From the IMG/VR virus record IMGVR_UViG_3300023296_000874, positions 186,001-250,000 of that record: a stretch of 64,000 bases of DNA; one strand, 5' to 3'. This document shows positions 61,486-64,000 of this stretch, one piece after another (the first letter of the stretch is position 1; each line of letters starts with the position of its first letter). The notes beneath the pieces were generated by a model, which worked only from the letters and a program-made list of their open reading frames with translations, did no database searches and was not told where the DNA came from. The position numbers were made by a program, and so were the translations under genes.

Positions 61486-63244
61486 TCTGGTTTTCAAGCC
61501 ACGCGGCGAACACAAACAGTGTCCAACAGAAGAGCGTGAGGTCCTTGTTGCCAGCGTAGTATTGATTGATGATGAGGTCGATGCGCCTCATGTCCAGGAA
61601 CGCCCCGAGGTTGCGAAATCTCTGAGAGTGAATCGCTCTTTTGAACCCTTCCTTGAAGGGTCCTCGGAGCAGTGCGTCAGTAGGTACGGTGAACCCCATC
61701 TTTGGGCGTCGGGTGATGTCGGATGACACTCCGAAGCTCTCTGCCACGTCCTTGAGGATGCGCTTGGTGGTGCCGTTGTACTTGAACTCGTCGGGAAGTC
61801 GAACCACGTACTCCATCAGATCACGGTCCAAGAACGGCACCCGAGCCTCCACTGACGCTCCCATGGTCATCTTGTCCACCTTCATGAGCAGATCATCAGG
61901 AAGCCAGGTGAGCGTGTCCATTCGAGTGATCCTCGACTGGAGGGTCGTGTTCGCGTAGTCGTTCCAGATGGTCGGCATACGAGTCAGCGGGTTGTGATGG
62001 CGCGTCACGTCTGAGGTCACAATTCCCTTGCGGTCCAGGAAGTAGTTGGAGCGCTCCAAATGGTCAAGCATCGCGGGCATACCCACGTCGTTGACGTCCC
62101 GAGCCTTCAAGATGCTGTCGTACTGCCAGTAGCCCGCGAAGATCTCGTCAGCTCCCTCACCGCTGAGCATCACCGTGCATCCACGCTTCGCGATCCGGCT
62201 GAGGTGGAGCGTGGGGAAACAGGCCGCGTCTGAAAGCGGCTGGTCCATGTGATTGAGCACGTCAGGTAGGATGTTGACCATGTCGTCAAACGTCATGCCG
62301 CACTGGAAGTAGTTGAGGCCAAGCTCTCGGGCGACTCCACCCGCGTAGCCGTACTCGTTGGCGTTGGGGTAGCCCACGTTGTAGACGTTGATGTCAGTGC
62401 CCAGCTCTTTGGCAGCAACGGCGCAGATTACAGAGCTGTCGACCCCACCACTCAGGAAGGCTCCGAGAGGTACCTCGCTCTGGAGGCGTCTACGCACTGC
62501 TTGAATGAGGAGCTCGCGCGTCCGGCCCACAGCGTTCTCGTAGGTGTCAGGGTGGACGGTCTGGTCCATGGTCCACCACCGGTCAATCTTGAGCTCGCGG
62601 GTCCGGAGGTCATAGACCATGTGGTGCCCTGGCGGGAGGGCGTGGATTCCTCTCCAGATGGTGTCAGGTCCGGGGATGTACCGGAAGGTGAAGTAGTCCG
62701 CAATCGCGTTGGGGTTGATGCCAAAGCCTGGGTAGGCGGACGTGATGGCCTTGATCTCAGAGCCGAAGGCGAAGCGGTTGCCGTCCAACGTGTAGTAGAG
62801 AGGCTTGATGCCAACGTGGTCCCTGGCCAGGAACAGAAGCTTCGCCCTCTTGTCGAAGATGCTGAAAGCGAACATGCCTCGGAGCCTGTGAAGGAATCCG
62901 AAGCCGTGCTGTTCGTAGAGGTGGACCAGTACCTCGGTGTCGCTATTGGTCTTGAAGACGTGGCCCTGGCTCTCCAACTCAACCTTCAGACTGCCGTAGT
63001 TGTAGATCTCGCCGTTGAACACCACTTCAACGTTCCCGTCCTCGCTGGAGATGGGCTGCTTTCCTCCACTACGGTCGATGATCGCCAGCCGGTCAATGCC
63101 GTAGCCGATGGTCTGACCGAGGGACCTCCGGGTGACCCAGTTCTGATCATCAGGTCCACGGTGTGAGATGGACGTTGCCATCTTCGCGAGTTTGCCGTCG
63201 AGGGAGACGTTTCCGTTCTCGACCATTCCGAAAATACCACACAT
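61481..63244 (-). CDS. asnB: Asparagine synthetase (glutamine-hydrolysing) family amidotransferase
   Basis: N-terminal MCGI, HRGPD, VFNGEIYNY, SDTEV, LARD..GIKPLYY, FLSGGVDSS, LSGEGADEIFAGY. Confidence 0.93.
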   Translation of the reverse strand: MCGIFGMVENGNVSLDGKLAKMATSISHRGPDDQNWVTRRSLGQTIGYGIDRLAIIDRSGGKQPISSEDGNVEVVFNGEIYNYGSLKVELESQGHVFKTNSDTEVLVHLYEQHGFGFLHRLRGMFAFSIFDKRAKLLFLARDHVGIKPLYYTLDGNRFAFGSEIKAITSAYPGFGINPNAIADYFTFRYIPGPDTIWRGIHALPPGHHMVYDLRTRELKIDRWWTMDQTVHPDTYENAVGRTRELLIQAVRRRLQSEVPLGAFLSGGVDSSVICAVAAKELGTDINVYNVGYPNANEYGYAGGVARELGLNYFQCGMTFDDMVNILPDVLNHMDQPLSDAACFPTLHLSRIAKRGCTVMLSGEGADEIFAGYWQYDSILKARDVNDVGMPAMLDHLERSNYFLDRKGIVTSDVTRHHNPLTRMPTIWNDYANTTLQSRITRMDTLTWLPDDLLMKVDKMTMGASVEARVPFLDRDLMEYVVRLPDEFKYNGTTKRILKDVAESFGVSSDITRRPKMGFTVPTDALLRGPFKEGFKRAIHSQRFRNLGAFLDMRRIDLIINQYYAGNKDLTLFCWTLFVFAAWLENQT

Positions 63245-63249
63245 GGATT

Positions 63250-64000
63250 TCAGCTCTCCAAGTAGCGTTCATAGATGGATCCCTCAAGCACCTTTGCGAC
63301 CGCATCGTAGTTGCGGATGGCGTCCTTCAGCGGCAGTCCAATCTTCTGGTACGCCGGTCGAGCCACGAATTCGCGCGGTACGTCAAGATGGTCAGCAAAG
63401 CTCTGGAGGGTGCTCTCAGGCACCTCACCATCTACAAACAGGGTCTCGTAATGCACGGTCAAGGCGATGGGTTCAAGCACCGCCTCCCAGTGCTTCTGCT
63501 CGCGCCGTAGCTTACCGAGCTTGTCCAGCAGATTGCCCAGAGGCAATTCCACTGTCCGGTCCTTCATCTTGTCCGGGTTGGGTGTCGCCCACACCTTCGT
63601 CCGGGTAGAAAGCTCCGCTGATACCAGCATCGCCAACACGTTGTCTCGCACCAGGTGGATGATCTTGAAATCGTGCCGGATCAGGAGGTCAAGCAGTGGG
63701 GAATGCTCCATGCGTACTGCGCCGGGCGTCATGGCTCCCCTCAGGAAGTCGTACTTGCAGTCGAACAGGATGAGATCTACGTCCCCGCTCAACCTACGCA
63801 GGTAGTTGAGGTACCCACCGAACAGTCCGGAGACGTTGGCGAGGGTTGGAATGCACAGGCTCGGATTCTTCCGAACGCGCCCATGGAGATACTTGTAGTA
63901 GCCTCCGAGCTGCTCGTAGTCCTTGGGAATGAATACCTCTCCGAAGGTCTGGATCTCTGGGTTGGTTGACATGACGGACCTCAGGACGGTTGTACCGCTC
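63250..64000 (-). CDS. Sulfotransferase (Stf0-like), 5' truncated by window edge
   Basis: Frame open to the edge: xSGTTVLRSVMSTNPEI..FGEVF (PAPS loop), IIHLVRDN....VS, VHYE.L. Confidence 0.75.
   Translation of the reverse strand, partial: SGTTVLRSVMSTNPEIQTFGEVFIPKDYEQLGGYYKYLHGRVRKNPSLCIPTLANVSGLFGGYLNYLRRLSGDVDLILFDCKYDFLRGAMTPGAVRMEHSPLLDLLIRHDFKIIHLVRDNVLAMLVSAELSTRTKVWATPNPDKMKDRTVELPLGNLLDKLGKLRREQKHWEAVLEPIALTVHYETLFVDGEVPESTLQSFADHLDVPREFVARPAYQKIGLPLKDAIRNYDAVAKVLEGSIYERYLES

Larger units (their letters stand above)
1..64000. mobile_element. Segment of a jumbo-type tailed dsDNA bacteriophage genome
   Basis: TerL, portal, prohead protease, scaffold, MCP and fibre genes in one strand-coherent block; dense short hypothetical ORFs; no host synteny or integrase. 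Confidence 0.95.

Noticed and set aside
1-64000. Stop-codon recoding (TAG to Gln) suggested by the phage GlnRS
   Set aside because: Genes tile the window under code 11 with no TAG-interrupted frames. TAG ends both plus-strand genes (glnS, PARP) and late genes (16607, 28410, where it runs straight into the next RBS).

Overview
The whole window is a segment of a large, high-GC (about 60-65% by eye) tailed dsDNA jumbo-type phage genome. No host housekeeping synteny, integrase, CRISPR array or intact tRNA was seen. A long minus-strand late block (about 12.5-52 kb, and again 57-64 kb) encodes terminase large subunit, portal, prohead protease, acidic scaffold, decoration protein, major capsid protein, a neck-like protein and three modular fibre proteins. 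Interspersed among them are enzymes: a CCA-type tRNA nucleotidyltransferase, a ParB-like domain, a NUDIX hydrolase, a Dps-like ferritin domain, a Pol-beta-type nucleotidyltransferase with an InPase partner, AsnB and a sulfotransferase. Mostly plus-strand accessory blocks (0-12.5 kb and 52-57.4 kb) carry a PARP-like ADP-ribosyltransferase, Rnl2 RNA ligase, a full-length glutaminyl-tRNA synthetase, NadD, and methionine-salvage MtnB and MtnD. Minus-strand genes inside the first block include GroES, a fatty-acid hydroxylase, a class II aldolase and two lipoproteins. Three signals not explained by gene families stand out. (1) A 16-bp motif (coding strand CAT[A/G]ATCCnTTTGTAG) occurs 15 times, always pointing into minus-strand genes; it is a candidate phage late promoter. 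(2) A K/R-x-A-S/A/G motif occurs 8 times as KxAS in the scaffold and recurs in head-region proteins; it is a candidate maturation-protease site. (3) A short amphipathic 'I/A-x-K/R-L-A' leader is appended to otherwise ordinary late enzymes; it is a candidate encapsidation signal. Together these suggest a protease-processed, capsid-packaged enzyme cargo system. All family calls come from motif recognition by eye; no database searches were run.
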